A stretch of DNA of 64,000 nt from Arenicellales bacterium (GTDB lineage Bacteria; Pseudomonadota; Gammaproteobacteria; Arenicellales; JAJDZL01). This document shows, piece by piece, positions 19,013-29,229 of this stretch. Every line of letters begins with the position of its first letter. Position 1 is the first letter of the stretch. Location of the stretch: the NCBI GenBank assembly GCA_965219265.1, contig OZ244730.1, forward strand, positions 330,501-394,500. The letters are read 5' to 3'. The translations under genes and the position numbers were made by a program. The notes under the pieces are model-generated. The model made no database searches. It was not told the DNA's origin and worked only from the letters and a program-made list of their open reading frames with translations.

Positions 19013-19104
19013 AATTGCATATTGCTCGAACTGTTGTTTATGGGTAATTCAACAGTTCAATATTTAATTTACACGAGATAGTGTAATTGCCGGGAATCGG
19101 CTGA

Positions 19105-20283
19105 TTACATACTGCACTCGCCTGCATAAACGTCCTGATGCATAGTTAATACGGTTTCACGGACTGAAGTTGTCCAAACGCCGTCTGCATCTTGAATGAC
19201 TTCACGGCTATAGAAGTTCTGGATCGGAAAGTGATTCGGTCCCATGCTGAATTTTCCTCGAACTGAATCATAATCCGCTTTCTCCAGGGCTGCACGCATA
19301 CCATCGGTATTGCTGATATCGCCGTCAACCGCTTCAACCGCACTCTTGATAAACATAACTGCGTCGTAACTCTGAGCGGCATAGAAACTTGGATATTTTC
19401 CGTATTTCGCCTTGAATCCTTCTACAAACTTTTTATTCGCTGAATTATCCAAATCTGGTGCCCAGAATTGAGTCATGGTTGTACCTAGTACGCCATCCAT
19501 TTCTGCAGCTTGGAATCTCGGCAAGCTGATCGAATCGATGGTAAAAACTGTATATAAATCAATTTTACCTGCGAGACCGGATTGCTGATACTGTTTGATG
19601 AATGCTGGTCCATGCTTGCCTGGATAGAAAATAAACACGCCATCGGGACTGGCAGCTTTGACTTTTGCCAGCTCTGCCGCCCAGTCAATCTGATCCGGCC
19701 ATTTTGTCATGTCCTCACCGACGATTTCGCCTTTGAAGGTTCTTTTGACGCCGGTTACCATGTTTTTCCCAGCAGCATAAAGCGGTGCGATGACATAGAG
19801 ACTCTTAACACCTCGCTGATTCAGAACTTCTCCCATCGCCATTGGCGTCTGGTCATTCTGCCAGGAGATATTGAAAAAGTTTTTATGGCATCCTTTGCCG
19901 GCGAGAGGCGAGGGGCCAGCATTTGCGCTGATCAGGATCTTTCCAGCATCCAATACCGTTAAAGCGGACGCAAGAAGTACATGCGACCAAATATAGCCGA
20001 AGACCAAATCAACTTTGTCTTGTGAAAGCACACGCTCTGTGGCTTGTTTCCCCTTTTGTGGGTTAAATTCGTCATCGGCGTAAACGACTTCAACGTCAGC
20101 CGGACCCATTTTATGGTTGATATGTTCCAATGCGAGTTCTACCGCATCTCTCATATCATTTCCGATTACCGCGGCAGGTGTACTGAGAGTCGTAACGAAT
20201 CCAAGCTTTACTGTTGCCGAGTGTGCGTTTGCTGTAATAAACAGTACACCGACTGCAACAGCTGTGACAATTTTTTTGATCAT
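19105..20283 (-). CDS. LIV-type ABC transporter periplasmic substrate-binding protein (Peripla_BP_6-like)
   Basis: Signal peptide MIKKIVTAVAVGVLFITANAHS starts at the ATG at 20283. The LivK-like fold is inferred from length and operon context. The 20427 start is rejected. Confidence 0.8.
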   Translation of the reverse strand: MIKKIVTAVAVGVLFITANAHSATVKLGFVTTLSTPAAVIGNDMRDAVELALEHINHKMGPADVEVVYADDEFNPQKGKQATERVLSQDKVDLVFGYIWSHVLLASALTVLDAGKILISANAGPSPLAGKGCHKNFFNISWQNDQTPMAMGEVLNQRGVKSLYVIAPLYAAGKNMVTGVKRTFKGEIVGEDMTKWPDQIDWAAELAKVKAASPDGVFIFYPGKHGPAFIKQYQQSGLAGKIDLYTVFTIDSISLPRFQAAEMDGVLGTTMTQFWAPDLDNSANKKFVEGFKAKYGKYPSFYAAQSYDAVMFIKSAVEAVDGDISNTDGMRAALEKADYDSVRGKFSMGPNHFPIQNFYSREVIQDADGVWTTSVRETVLTMHQDVYAGECSM

Positions 20284-20497
20284 TGTAATTTCCCGTTTAT
20301 TGGCGCTATATAAATATTCATTTCTAATCCGATCGTCCCTAATTCCCAATTGGCTACGTTGCCTGTAACCGTTTGAATGACAGAAGATCTGTAATGTTAT
20401 TATTTTACTTTTAGTTGAACGATTCAAGTTTACACAATCTGGATACCGTGAATCTGTAATTTAAACCGCATCGGCAGGGTATTTCTTAGAAAATTCA

Positions 20498-21571
20498 TCA
20501 AGCATGCCGATCAAGCGCCCAATCCACATGCTCGCGGACCAAGTCTGAAGAGTCATTCTGCCGAGACTTGAGTGCATCAATCACATCTGGAGTTGAATCT
20601 GCATTGCCTAATGCGATAGCAATATTTCTGATCCAAAGTTCATAGCTCAGCCGTCGGATTGCAGAGCCTTCAGTGTTGTGTAGAAATTCCTCTTCGGTCC
20701 AACCAAAAATTTCACTTAACTTGATCGAATCCAGTCGATTTCTCACGCGAAACCCGGGCTCTTCCGTATTGCTTGCAAATCGATTCCAAGGGCATACCAA
20801 TTGACAGTCGTCACATCCGAAAATTCGATTGCCGATTAAGGGTCGGAATTCTAGGGGAATGGACCCTCTGTATTCAATTGTCCAATACGAAATGCATTTT
20901 CGTGCATCAACCACATAAGGTGCAACAATGGCATCAGTGGGGCAGGCGGATATGCAAGACGTGCAATTTCCGCAGTGGTCTGTCTCTGGAGAGTCGGCCG
21001 GAAGCGGCAGGTCGGTATACAGTTCTCCCAGAAAGAACCAGGAACCAGCACGTCGGTTTAACAGATTGGAGTGTTTCCCGATCCAGCCTAAACCGGCTTT
21101 CTGAGCCAAAGGCTTCTCCATGACTGGCGCACTGTCGGTGAATGCCCTGTAGTTGAACCGGCCTATCTCACTCTGCACTTTGCGCGCTAGTTTTTCAAGA
21201 CGTTTTCGAATCAGCTTGTGATAGTCTCGTCCGGTTGCGTAGCGAGAAACAAACGCGAGAGTGGAATCTTCAAGGGTATCTGCAATATCTCTTGAACTTG
21301 GCGGAAAGTAATCCATGCGAACAGAGATGATGCGAAGCGTACCAGGTATCAGTTCGTTTGGACGTGTTCTCTTTGTGCCATGGCGTTCCATGTACTGCAT
21401 GTCGCCATGCATCCCTTGCATCAGCCAGTTCTTTAAAAAATTTTCGGCGTGCGCCAACTCCGTGTCCGCAATTCCTACTTGCTGAAAGCCGAGTTCCTGC
21501 CCCCAGTCTTTGATCTTGATTGCCAGGCCTTTTAACTCTGATTCAGTGAGCAACATGGCATCGTCCAGCAT
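20498..21571 (-). CDS. queG: tRNA epoxyqueuosine(34) reductase QueG
   Basis: Two 4Fe-4S ferredoxin motifs (CGNCTSCISACPTDA, CDDCQLVCPWN), GWIGKHSNLL, and C-terminal HEAT-like repeats. Confidence 0.9.
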   Translation of the reverse strand: MLDDAMLLTESELKGLAIKIKDWGQELGFQQVGIADTELAHAENFLKNWLMQGMHGDMQYMERHGTKRTRPNELIPGTLRIISVRMDYFPPSSRDIADTLEDSTLAFVSRYATGRDYHKLIRKRLEKLARKVQSEIGRFNYRAFTDSAPVMEKPLAQKAGLGWIGKHSNLLNRRAGSWFFLGELYTDLPLPADSPETDHCGNCTSCISACPTDAIVAPYVVDARKCISYWTIEYRGSIPLEFRPLIGNRIFGCDDCQLVCPWNRFASNTEEPGFRVRNRLDSIKLSEIFGWTEEEFLHNTEGSAIRRLSYELWIRNIAIALGNADSTPDVIDALKSRQNDSSDLVREHVDWALDRHA

Positions 21572-21650
21572 CTGTTGTTCCAGTTGCCCAAAGCAGGTAT
21601 TGTCGGGTGGAGAGCAGTACAGGCAGTCGAGAATGGATGGCGATTGTGAA

Positions 21651-22862
21651 CTACTCCAGTTCTACTGCAGTAGACTCAATTTCAGCTCGAATTTCTTTTT
21701 CGTGCTCATTGAAATCTGGCGGTGGGCGACGGATCGGCAGGTCTCGTCCAGCATGCAATATCGGATGGGCAAACGTTTTCGTGACTGTACCGCCAGGCAA
21801 CTCAAGCAGCTGTACCCAGCCTTGATCTTCAACCTGGGCATCACCTAAAACATCGCCATAGTGATTAATTGGAGCGGTTGGCACTCCAGCGTCTCTGAAG
21901 CGCTGGTACCAGTAATCTGCAGAATTGGCAACAAATTCCTGCTCCAGAATTTGTGCAAGTTGACTCTGATTTTCGGCTCGACTGGCAGTACTTGTAAATC
22001 GCGGATCGCCAGCCAGGTCCGGGCGTTCAACTACGTTACATACGATTTCAAACAATCGTTGATTGCCAGCTGCCATAACAAAATAGCCATCCGATGCTTT
22101 GAATGCCTGGTAAGGGGCATTTCTAGGATGGCGCGAGCCCAATCGTTGCGGATTTTTTCCTGTACCGAAATATTCGCTCACCTGCAAAGGTGCAATTCCC
22201 AGACTGGAACCCAACATGGAAGCATCGATGTGAACACCCTTGCCAGTAGACTGGCGTTCATACAGCGCTGCCGATATATGAAATGCTGCATACAGCCCAG
22301 TTGCAAAATCACTGAGCGGCACTCCGCACTTCACCGGAGGTTCTCCTTCTTCGCCAGTGACGCTCATAATTCCTGAAATTGCTTGCATTGTTACATCAAA
22401 CGCACCTTCCTGAGAACGCGGGCCCGTTTGGCCGAAGGCTGATATCGAACAGTAAATCAATTCTGGACAGATAGTTGAGACCGCCTCGTATCCGAGTCCC
22501 AGGCGATCCATTACACCGGGACGATTGTTTTCGAGCAGAACATCTGTTTGTCGGACAAGCTCTAAAGCTGTTTGGAGATGTTCTGGAGATTTCAGATCCA
22601 GTGCGATGGCGCGCTTGTTTCGATTGACGGAAGCAAAGTTCTCGCTAAATCCTCCCGAGATTGGTGGCCATTGCCGCATGGCGTCGCCGTTCGGAGGCTC
22701 GATCTTGATTACATCGGCGCCGAGGTCTCCCAACAGCATTCCACAGAAGGGTCCTGCCGCAATTTGGCAGATTTCAATAACTTTTACACCGGAGAGCGGA
22801 AGCTCGACTCCATTCGTAGAATATGCACGACTTCCGAGCCTATTTGAATTGCCGGGTTGCAT
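21651..22862 (-). CDS. Class III CoA-transferase (CaiB/BaiF family)
   Basis: LPLSGVKVIEICQIAAGPFCGMLLGDLGADVIKIEPPNGD is the family N-terminal signature. The ATG at 22862 lies downstream of the dctP terminator hairpin, so the 22910 start is rejected. Confidence 0.85.
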   Translation of the reverse strand: MQPGNSNRLGSRAYSTNGVELPLSGVKVIEICQIAAGPFCGMLLGDLGADVIKIEPPNGDAMRQWPPISGGFSENFASVNRNKRAIALDLKSPEHLQTALELVRQTDVLLENNRPGVMDRLGLGYEAVSTICPELIYCSISAFGQTGPRSQEGAFDVTMQAISGIMSVTGEEGEPPVKCGVPLSDFATGLYAAFHISAALYERQSTGKGVHIDASMLGSSLGIAPLQVSEYFGTGKNPQRLGSRHPRNAPYQAFKASDGYFVMAAGNQRLFEIVCNVVERPDLAGDPRFTSTASRAENQSQLAQILEQEFVANSADYWYQRFRDAGVPTAPINHYGDVLGDAQVEDQGWVQLLELPGGTVTKTFAHPILHAGRDLPIRRPPPDFNEHEKEIRAEIESTAVELE

Positions 22863-22890
22863 AGACTCAATATGTTCTGAGAGAATCAAG

Positions 22891-22922
22891 CCCCGGCACA
22901 ATCGTCTCAAATTGTGCCGGGG
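22891..22922 (-). terminator. Perfect 12-bp hairpin directly after the TRAP binding-protein gene
   Basis: CCCCGGCACAAT, an 8-nt loop, then ATTGTGCCGGGG. It sits 16 nt after the dctP-like stop, followed on the minus strand by CTTGATTCTCTC. Confidence 0.45.
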
Positions 22923-22937
22923 CGGGACGATTGTGTA

Positions 22938-24038
22938 CTAGGATGGGAAATTGTAAGGCAAGCTTCGGGCTCGCAGAAATTCTCCTTCCGTAGAATCGCT
23001 GTAAACGATTTGCTCGTTGCGGAACTTTGACATATTGGCGAAAATTTTCGCGCTAGAGGCGTCATTCGCAACCTGATCAGCAATAATCTCGCCGACTGCG
23101 TTACCGATTTTGACTAGGGCTTCATCCGGTATAACCTTGATGATGACTCCCTCGTTCTGAATCAGATCCTGCAATATAGGTGCCGAACGCGCAGTGAATT
23201 CTGCCAGAACATTGTGCGTGGTAGAGTATGCACATTGCCTGACTATTGCCTGCAGGTCACTAGACAAGCTATCCCAAGCAGTCGGATTGATAAACAGGTC
23301 CAGTGAAGTATTGGGCTCGTGGAACCCAGGAGTATAGTAGTACTTGCCATATCGGTGAAAACCCATTGAGGCCTCTCCATATGGATTGTTCCATTCAACC
23401 CAATCCACCGTGCCGGAGGCAAATGCTTGTGCGACTTCACTGCCAGGCAAATTGATAACCGTGGCTCCCACAGCAGACATGGCGGCACCGCCAATGCCTG
23501 GCATACGCATTTTCAAGCCCTTGAAATCTTCAAGCGTGTTGAGATCTTTGCTGCTGTAGCCTGGATGCTGAACACCGGTGTTACCACACAAAATGAATCG
23601 ACAGCCAAGTTCCTCCTGATACAGTTCGTCGCACAGTTGCGCGCCTCCGCCGTACTGATACCAGGCGTTGTATTCCTGAGCAGTCAAACCGAATGGAAAG
23701 TTGCTCACCAACTGGGAGGCGATTGACTTTCCTTTCCAGTAATATGGGGCACCATGTCCCATTTCAACGGTACCGGCACTCACAGCGTCAATGGACTCAA
23801 AAGCTGGAACAACTTCGCCTGAAGCATATAGTTTTACTTCCAGTCGGCCACCGCTGCAAGCAGTAACCTGATCCGCAAAATACTGGGCACCAGTACCCAA
23901 GCCTGGAAAATTTTTAGGCCAGGTTGTAATCAAGCGCCACTGTTTGCGGTCTTGCGAGATTGCAGGAGCGGCAAGTGCAGCAGAGGCCGCACCCGCTGCA
24001 GCTGCGCCTGATTTCTTGAGAAAATCTCTTCTTTTCAT
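22938..24038 (-). CDS. TRAP transporter substrate-binding protein with a twin-arginine signal (resembles the FcbT1 / COG4663 type)
   Basis: GGAGA lies 8 nt upstream of the ATG at 24038. The Tat-type signal is MKRRDFLKKSGAAAAGAASAALAAPAISQ. Length is DctP-like. It lies downstream of dctQ/dctM genes. Confidence 0.82.
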   Translation of the reverse strand: MKRRDFLKKSGAAAAGAASAALAAPAISQDRKQWRLITTWPKNFPGLGTGAQYFADQVTACSGGRLEVKLYASGEVVPAFESIDAVSAGTVEMGHGAPYYWKGKSIASQLVSNFPFGLTAQEYNAWYQYGGGAQLCDELYQEELGCRFILCGNTGVQHPGYSSKDLNTLEDFKGLKMRMPGIGGAAMSAVGATVINLPGSEVAQAFASGTVDWVEWNNPYGEASMGFHRYGKYYYTPGFHEPNTSLDLFINPTAWDSLSSDLQAIVRQCAYSTTHNVLAEFTARSAPILQDLIQNEGVIIKVIPDEALVKIGNAVGEIIADQVANDASSAKIFANMSKFRNEQIVYSDSTEGEFLRARSLPYNFPS

Positions 24039-24301
24039 ATCTATCTCCAATTTAATTCTTTAATGCCAACAAATTTGGCAATCTTACATCGGCAAACGAC
24101 GATTAGAGTGATTTGCCTGAATACACAACATCCCTGTTCGTATATTTAATATATACATACAAATGGAACGAATAAGCAAATAATTTTTTAAAAATCGATG
24201 GTAGAGAAATCGATAAATGCTCTGAATTGCGGGAATCCGCACCAATCACGCGCGTAATTGGTGCTGCGATGGACTCAGTAAGGATGTAATGGCAAGAACA
24301 G

Positions 24302-25684
24302 CTAACCTAATAAAGCTTTGGGCAACCAGGTTGCAAGACCTGGGAAATAGGCAACAATACCAAGTGCAACGAGTTGCAGAACAACAAATGGAATGACTCC
24401 TCGATAGATTTGGCTTGTCTTGATTCTTGAGGGTGCCACTCCACGCAGGTAAAAGAGCGCCCATCCAAACGGTGGTGTCATGAAACTTGTTTGAAGGTTC
24501 AAACCGATCATGATGCCAAGCCATACGGGGTTGACGTCCGCTTTGAGCAGTGCAGGGGCAATAATCGGTACGACAATGAAGACAATCTCGATGAACTCGA
24601 GAATGAAACCAAGCAGGAAAATCAACACCATTACGAACACCAGTGCAGTAGCTGATCCGCCCGGTAGTGAAAACAAGAACTCTTCAACGACCTCATCGCC
24701 TCCAAGTCCCCGAAAGGTGAGCGAAAATATGGACGCGCCGATTAGAATTCCGAAAACCATGCAAGAGATGCGAGTCGTACTACGAACTACCTCGCCAAGA
24801 ATCTTCCAGTTGACCATCTTGCGCGTCGCAGCAAGCAGCATGGCACCGACAGCGCCAAATGACGCGGCTTCGGTTGGAGTTGCCAGACCCCCTAGAATAG
24901 ATCCAAGAACTGCCAGAATCAGAAACAAGGGAGGAATCAGAACTTTCACGATCTGCTGCAAGAGGTGACTTCGATCCATGTTCGAATCATAGTAAGCCGG
25001 GGATGAATTCGGACGATAGGCTGCGACTGTGAGTTGCCACAAAATATAAAGAACAACAAGCAACAGCCCAGGCAGGACCGCTCCGGCGAACAGGTCGATG
25101 ACCGAAAAAGGCTGAATAATATAATTTCCCATCGCCAGCTGGGCTTCGCTGTAGATTCCCGACAGAACATCTCCCAACAAAACCAGCACGACAGACGGCG
25201 GAATGATCTGCCCCAGAGTCCCTGCAGCACAGATGGTTCCACAGGCGAGTTTGGGGTCATAACGTGCCTGAAGCATTGTCGGCAGGCTCAGCAATCCCAT
25301 CGTCACGACGGTAGCCCCCACGATTCCGGTGGTCGCTGCGAGTAGCATTCCCACCAAAGTGACAGAAATTCCAAGCCCTCCACGCACCGCACCAAAGCAC
25401 TGTCCCATGGTCGTCAACAATTCTTCGGCAATTTTGGATTTCTCAAGCATGACGCCCATAAAAACAAACAACGGCACTGCAACCAGAATTTCGTTGGTCA
25501 TGACGCCGAAAAAACGAGAGGGCAGGGCATTGAAAAAAAGCATGTCGAAAGCGCCCATCGACTGTCCGAGAAAAGCGAACAGCACTCCGACACCGGCCAG
25601 CGTAAACGCCACCTGATAGCCGGCCAGCAGTGCACCGCATACCGTGAACAGCATCACCATGCTGAGTACTTGACCGTTATCCAC
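24302..25684 (-). CDS. TRAP transporter large permease (DctM family)
   Basis: 460-aa polytopic protein whose start overlaps the dctQ-like stop by 8 nt. Confidence 0.88.
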   Translation of the reverse strand: MDNGQVLSMVMLFTVCGALLAGYQVAFTLAGVGVLFAFLGQSMGAFDMLFFNALPSRFFGVMTNEILVAVPLFVFMGVMLEKSKIAEELLTTMGQCFGAVRGGLGISVTLVGMLLAATTGIVGATVVTMGLLSLPTMLQARYDPKLACGTICAAGTLGQIIPPSVVLVLLGDVLSGIYSEAQLAMGNYIIQPFSVIDLFAGAVLPGLLLVVLYILWQLTVAAYRPNSSPAYYDSNMDRSHLLQQIVKVLIPPLFLILAVLGSILGGLATPTEAASFGAVGAMLLAATRKMVNWKILGEVVRSTTRISCMVFGILIGASIFSLTFRGLGGDEVVEEFLFSLPGGSATALVFVMVLIFLLGFILEFIEIVFIVVPIIAPALLKADVNPVWLGIMIGLNLQTSFMTPPFGWALFYLRGVAPSRIKTSQIYRGVIPFVVLQLVALGIVAYFPGLATWLPKALLG

Positions 25685-26243
25685 CGCTCACCTCGTCGAA
25701 ATTTTCTTTAGACTGCGCTATAGATTGGCCACTGATCAACGCTTGGGAACTGCGAATGAGAATTGCGACGGCTTGCAGGAAAAGCAGAGTGAAGAACAGC
25801 AGCATTGTCGTTTTGAATAAAAACAATCCTGGCATCCCACCGGCTTCGCGGGAAACTTCCAACCGCTCCCACGAAAGCAGAACGTACGGAATCGTGTATT
25901 TGCCGATTACGTATAAAGATGGCAGCAACAGGAATAGGGTTCCAAGAATATCAACCAAAGCCTTATAGCGAACGCTGGCTGTTCGATATATGATGTCTAC
26001 GCGCACGTGCCCGCCAGTCATCAGTGTGTATGCCATGGCAACCATAATGATGGTTCCATGCATCCACACATAGGTTTCCTGAAACCAGACCCATCCTATG
26101 CTGAATCCATAGCGTAACGTTGCGACCGAGAATGTGACAATTGCCATGGAAAGCGCAAGCCACGAAACCGCGTGTCCAATCCTTCGATTAATGGAATCAA
26201 TCGCATCGGCGATACGATTCAGAGCGGGCAGTAATGCAGACAT
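25677..26243 (-). CDS. TRAP transporter small permease (DctQ family)
   Basis: 188 aa with 4 predicted TM helices; immediately upstream of and overlapping dctM. Confidence 0.82.
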   Translation of the reverse strand: MSALLPALNRIADAIDSINRRIGHAVSWLALSMAIVTFSVATLRYGFSIGWVWFQETYVWMHGTIIMVAMAYTLMTGGHVRVDIIYRTASVRYKALVDILGTLFLLLPSLYVIGKYTIPYVLLSWERLEVSREAGGMPGLFLFKTTMLLFFTLLFLQAVAILIRSSQALISGQSIAQSKENFDEVSGG

Positions 26244-26323
26244 AAAGCGGTATTCGCTGTCGGAAACAAACAGTTATTGCTAATGATTTCCGAACTGCTG
26301 GGGCAATGCCTTTGTCAGCGCTA

Positions 26324-27433
26324 TCAGGCGATCTGTCGGATTTTGCCCTTGGCTTGCCTTTTCTGTTGAATTTCCGCCTGTTCGCTCCTCTGCATCCGCG
26401 AAAACAGTTGGCGAATTCGCCTCAGAGCTTTGTCCGGTTTCAGAAACACCTCAAAGTACCCATTGTCCTCGAAGTCGAACATTTCCTGCTGTTTTTCCAG
26501 TGCCCACAAATCTTGTGCTACGACCTCAGGAAACATTTCGGCCACGCGCTTGGTAGTAGAAATGTTTGGATCGCCTTTGGACATGTGATGCGACTTGCAA
26601 TTGACGCACCAGCGCCAGATGTGGTGAGTATCGTCAACCGGTGTGTGTGTATGAAAAAGGGTATAGCCTCGAATCATGTCGGCATTCCCAAGTTGGCCGG
26701 GAGGGGCTACGCGCATCTCCACCCGCGTAAAGCCAGGGCTGGTCATGCAGTGAGTGTGTTCGCGGTCTACAATGTCGTAGTTGAACCAGTCTTCCAGAAA
26801 CGGCGGCTGTTTATACCCGGAGGTTTCTCGAATCGTCTTGACGAACCTGTTGCCGTTCTCCTCTCCTTCGACGAGCTTCACCGGAATTCGGCTGTTGTCA
26901 ATATCGCCAATATTGCCGTCGTGCAATGGGTAGAAGTGCGAAATATCCATCAAGTTTTCAATCAGCAGCAGATAATTCGCTTTGACGTGCATTGGGTCCG
27001 AATGAATCGACTCCCATTCTCCGGATGTAATTTCAGGCGTCGGTGGCGGGCTGACATGCAAGGATTTCTCAGGCTCACCCGGCCAGACCCACACCAGACC
27101 TTCCTGCTCTATGACCGGATAAGATCTCAACTGTAGCTGTGCCGGAATATTTCCGTCGGGATGGGAAGGTACGGCAACGCATTTTCCTCTGGAATCGTAA
27201 CAAAGTCCGTGATAGGCGCACTCAAGAGTTCCGTCAGGCATGATTTTCCCTTCTGACAACGGCATCCGTTTATGCATGCAACGGTTGTCAAAGGAAACTA
27301 CTTTGCCATCCTCAGTGCGCCAAGTGAGAATGGGTTGGTCACAGATCTTATGACCTTTTAGCTGATTCGTTTTGAACTCATTCGAGAATCCAGCGACGTA
27401 CCAAGCATTCAGTATGTAGTGATAAGGAATCAT
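26324..27433 (-). CDS. Rieske [2Fe-2S] non-heme-iron oxygenase, VanA/TsaM/DdmC-like (class IA terminal oxygenase)
   Basis: WYVAGFSNEF, then the Rieske motif CMHKRMPLSEG...LECAYHG. Length of 369 aa is typical of single-subunit VanA-like monooxygenases/demethylases. Confidence 0.85.
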   Translation of the reverse strand: MIPYHYILNAWYVAGFSNEFKTNQLKGHKICDQPILTWRTEDGKVVSFDNRCMHKRMPLSEGKIMPDGTLECAYHGLCYDSRGKCVAVPSHPDGNIPAQLQLRSYPVIEQEGLVWVWPGEPEKSLHVSPPPTPEITSGEWESIHSDPMHVKANYLLLIENLMDISHFYPLHDGNIGDIDNSRIPVKLVEGEENGNRFVKTIRETSGYKQPPFLEDWFNYDIVDREHTHCMTSPGFTRVEMRVAPPGQLGNADMIRGYTLFHTHTPVDDTHHIWRWCVNCKSHHMSKGDPNISTTKRVAEMFPEVVAQDLWALEKQQEMFDFEDNGYFEVFLKPDKALRRIRQLFSRMQRSEQAEIQQKRQAKGKIRQIA

Positions 27434-27699
27434 TGCTCAACCTCAGTCTAGTTTTGATTTTTGTTGGATTCTCCAATAAAGGTCAGCGAATTTGGAGTCC
27501 CCGTGCAATCATGCGTCTACTTATTTTTCCGCACATCCGTTATTGTTCTTCATGTAGATTGCAGTATTTTAAAAAGATACTTATACAATATTGTGCATTC
27601 GATTTTTGTTACCAGCTTTGTACATCCAGTAAAATTTCAAATCCGCGGTAGATTTCCCCCGAGGCAGTCTGTGTCTAGAACAATGTCTCTTTTACCCAT

Positions 27700-28542
27700 T
27701 CAAGAATCATCATCTCCTGGGTAGTATTGCGGAACGAACGTTTGATCGGACATTGGCGGCCGAACATAACCTACACCTTCCTTTCGCTCTGGCAATGCTA
27801 TCGGTTCTGGCGTTAGGTCTTCGTACGGAATCATGCTTAAAAAATGACGAATACAATTGAGTCGCGCATGCCGTTTATCATCTGCATTGACTACATACCA
27901 AGGAGCTTGTTTGATATCGGTGTGTGCGAACATTTGATCCTTCGCTTTTGAATATTCCAACCACCGAGTCCGCGATTCAAGGTCCATCGGCGAAAGTTTC
28001 CAACGCTTGTGCGGTTCAAGCAAACGACTCTGAAACCGCTTTTCCTGCTCTTCGTCAGCAACTGAAAACCAATACTTGATCAAAGTAATTCCCGATCTCA
28101 CCAACATTCGTTCAAATTCGGGACAAGTACGCATGTATTCGCGATAGTCCTCCTCAGTACAAAACCCCATTACGCGCTCAACGCCAGCTCGGTTGTACCA
28201 GCTTCGATCGAACAGTACAATTTCACCAGCAGCTGGGAGATGGGCGCAATACCGCTGGAAGTACCACTGTGTCTTCTCGCGTTCCGTCGGTGCGGGCAAT
28301 GCAGCGACCCGACAAATCCTGGGACTCAAATGCTGTGTCATTCGTTTAATAACTCCGCCTTTCCCAGCAGCGTCACGGCCTTCAAATATAACAACTACTT
28401 TCAGACCATTGTTTTTCACCCATTCCTGCATTTTTACAAGTTCAAGTTGCATTCGAAAGAGTTCTTTCTCGTAAACTGATTTCTTGACACGCTTACCTGA
28501 AGAGGTATTCGGAGTCGAGGCGCCTTTATCCAGTGAGCTCAT
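27700..28542 (-). CDS. ppk2: Polyphosphate kinase 2 (PPK2)
   Basis: VVVIFEGRDAAGKGGVIKR (Walker A), FDRSWYNR, KRWKLSPMD and APWYVVNADDK. Confidence 0.92.
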   Translation of the reverse strand: MSSLDKGASTPNTSSGKRVKKSVYEKELFRMQLELVKMQEWVKNNGLKVVVIFEGRDAAGKGGVIKRMTQHLSPRICRVAALPAPTEREKTQWYFQRYCAHLPAAGEIVLFDRSWYNRAGVERVMGFCTEEDYREYMRTCPEFERMLVRSGITLIKYWFSVADEEQEKRFQSRLLEPHKRWKLSPMDLESRTRWLEYSKAKDQMFAHTDIKQAPWYVVNADDKRHARLNCIRHFLSMIPYEDLTPEPIALPERKEGVGYVRPPMSDQTFVPQYYPGDDDS

Positions 28543-28733
28543 ACAAATTTCCAGAGTGTAATCAGATTTAATTCAGTCCAGTATAGCATTTTTACTACGA
28601 TATCACGTTGGCTCGGCATAGCCGTAGCAACTCTTATTATGAGTTCGTCATTGAATATACACCTTGTTGTGTTTTTTGGATTATTGGTTCTGAAACAGGC
28701 CCTGAGATTGGTGATGTGAGTGGTCAGGGTGGT

Positions 28734-29229
28734 GGTTGTGGTGGACGGGTGAATGCGGCCAGCAGTTTCCGCTAGTCTTCAAAGAAAGTGAAATTGTTGA
28801 TGATGTCCGGCGTCACAAAAAAGCGATGGCGACGGGAGAATGTAGCGCGCGCCTGTTGCCACAGTTCACACAACTGATCGCAGACAGTATGGAAAGTAAA
28901 GGCGATCAGATTCAGTGTCAGCAGCAGATTGGACAGTCCCTGGTGTCCGTGCCCGAAGTTTTACTCGGCGTGATAAACGTTGTCTTTCAACAGGTTGAAG
29001 CCTTCGTTTTCGATTTACCAGCGGGCTCTGCCACACGCTACGATTGTGGGTTTCATGAAACCTTCTCTGATTGTCTAGAAATGAAAGCGACTGTACCAAG
29101 AACACGGCAAAAGCCGCCATGCGGATGTCAGCGAAGGAAAATTGCGTGTTGGCACCGGTGTGGGGGTCTGGTATCTGTTGAAACAGCCCCCCGTAAATGG
29201 TCGAGTAGTGAACTGACCATGAGTTTCAT
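28734..29229 (-). pseudogene. Heavily degraded DDE transposase gene (IS scar with N- and C-terminal pieces fused by an internal deletion)
   Basis: Minus-strand translation gives MKLMVSSLLDHLRG, then a frameshift at a G-run. It continues GLFQQIPDPHTGANTQFSFADIRMAAFAVFLVQSLSFLDNQRRF, then joins directly to IENEGFNLLKDNVYHAE*NFGHGHQGLSNLLLTLNLIAFTFH...FFEDWRKLL. The conserved motif contains an in-frame TAA. The remnant is about 0.5 kb where 1.2-1.4 kb would be expected. Confidence 0.65.

Noticed and set aside
26306-27136. 276-aa ORF on the plus strand
   Set aside because: It is entirely antisense to the well-supported Rieske oxygenase gene and has no recognisable motifs or SD sequence. It is a typical shadow ORF.
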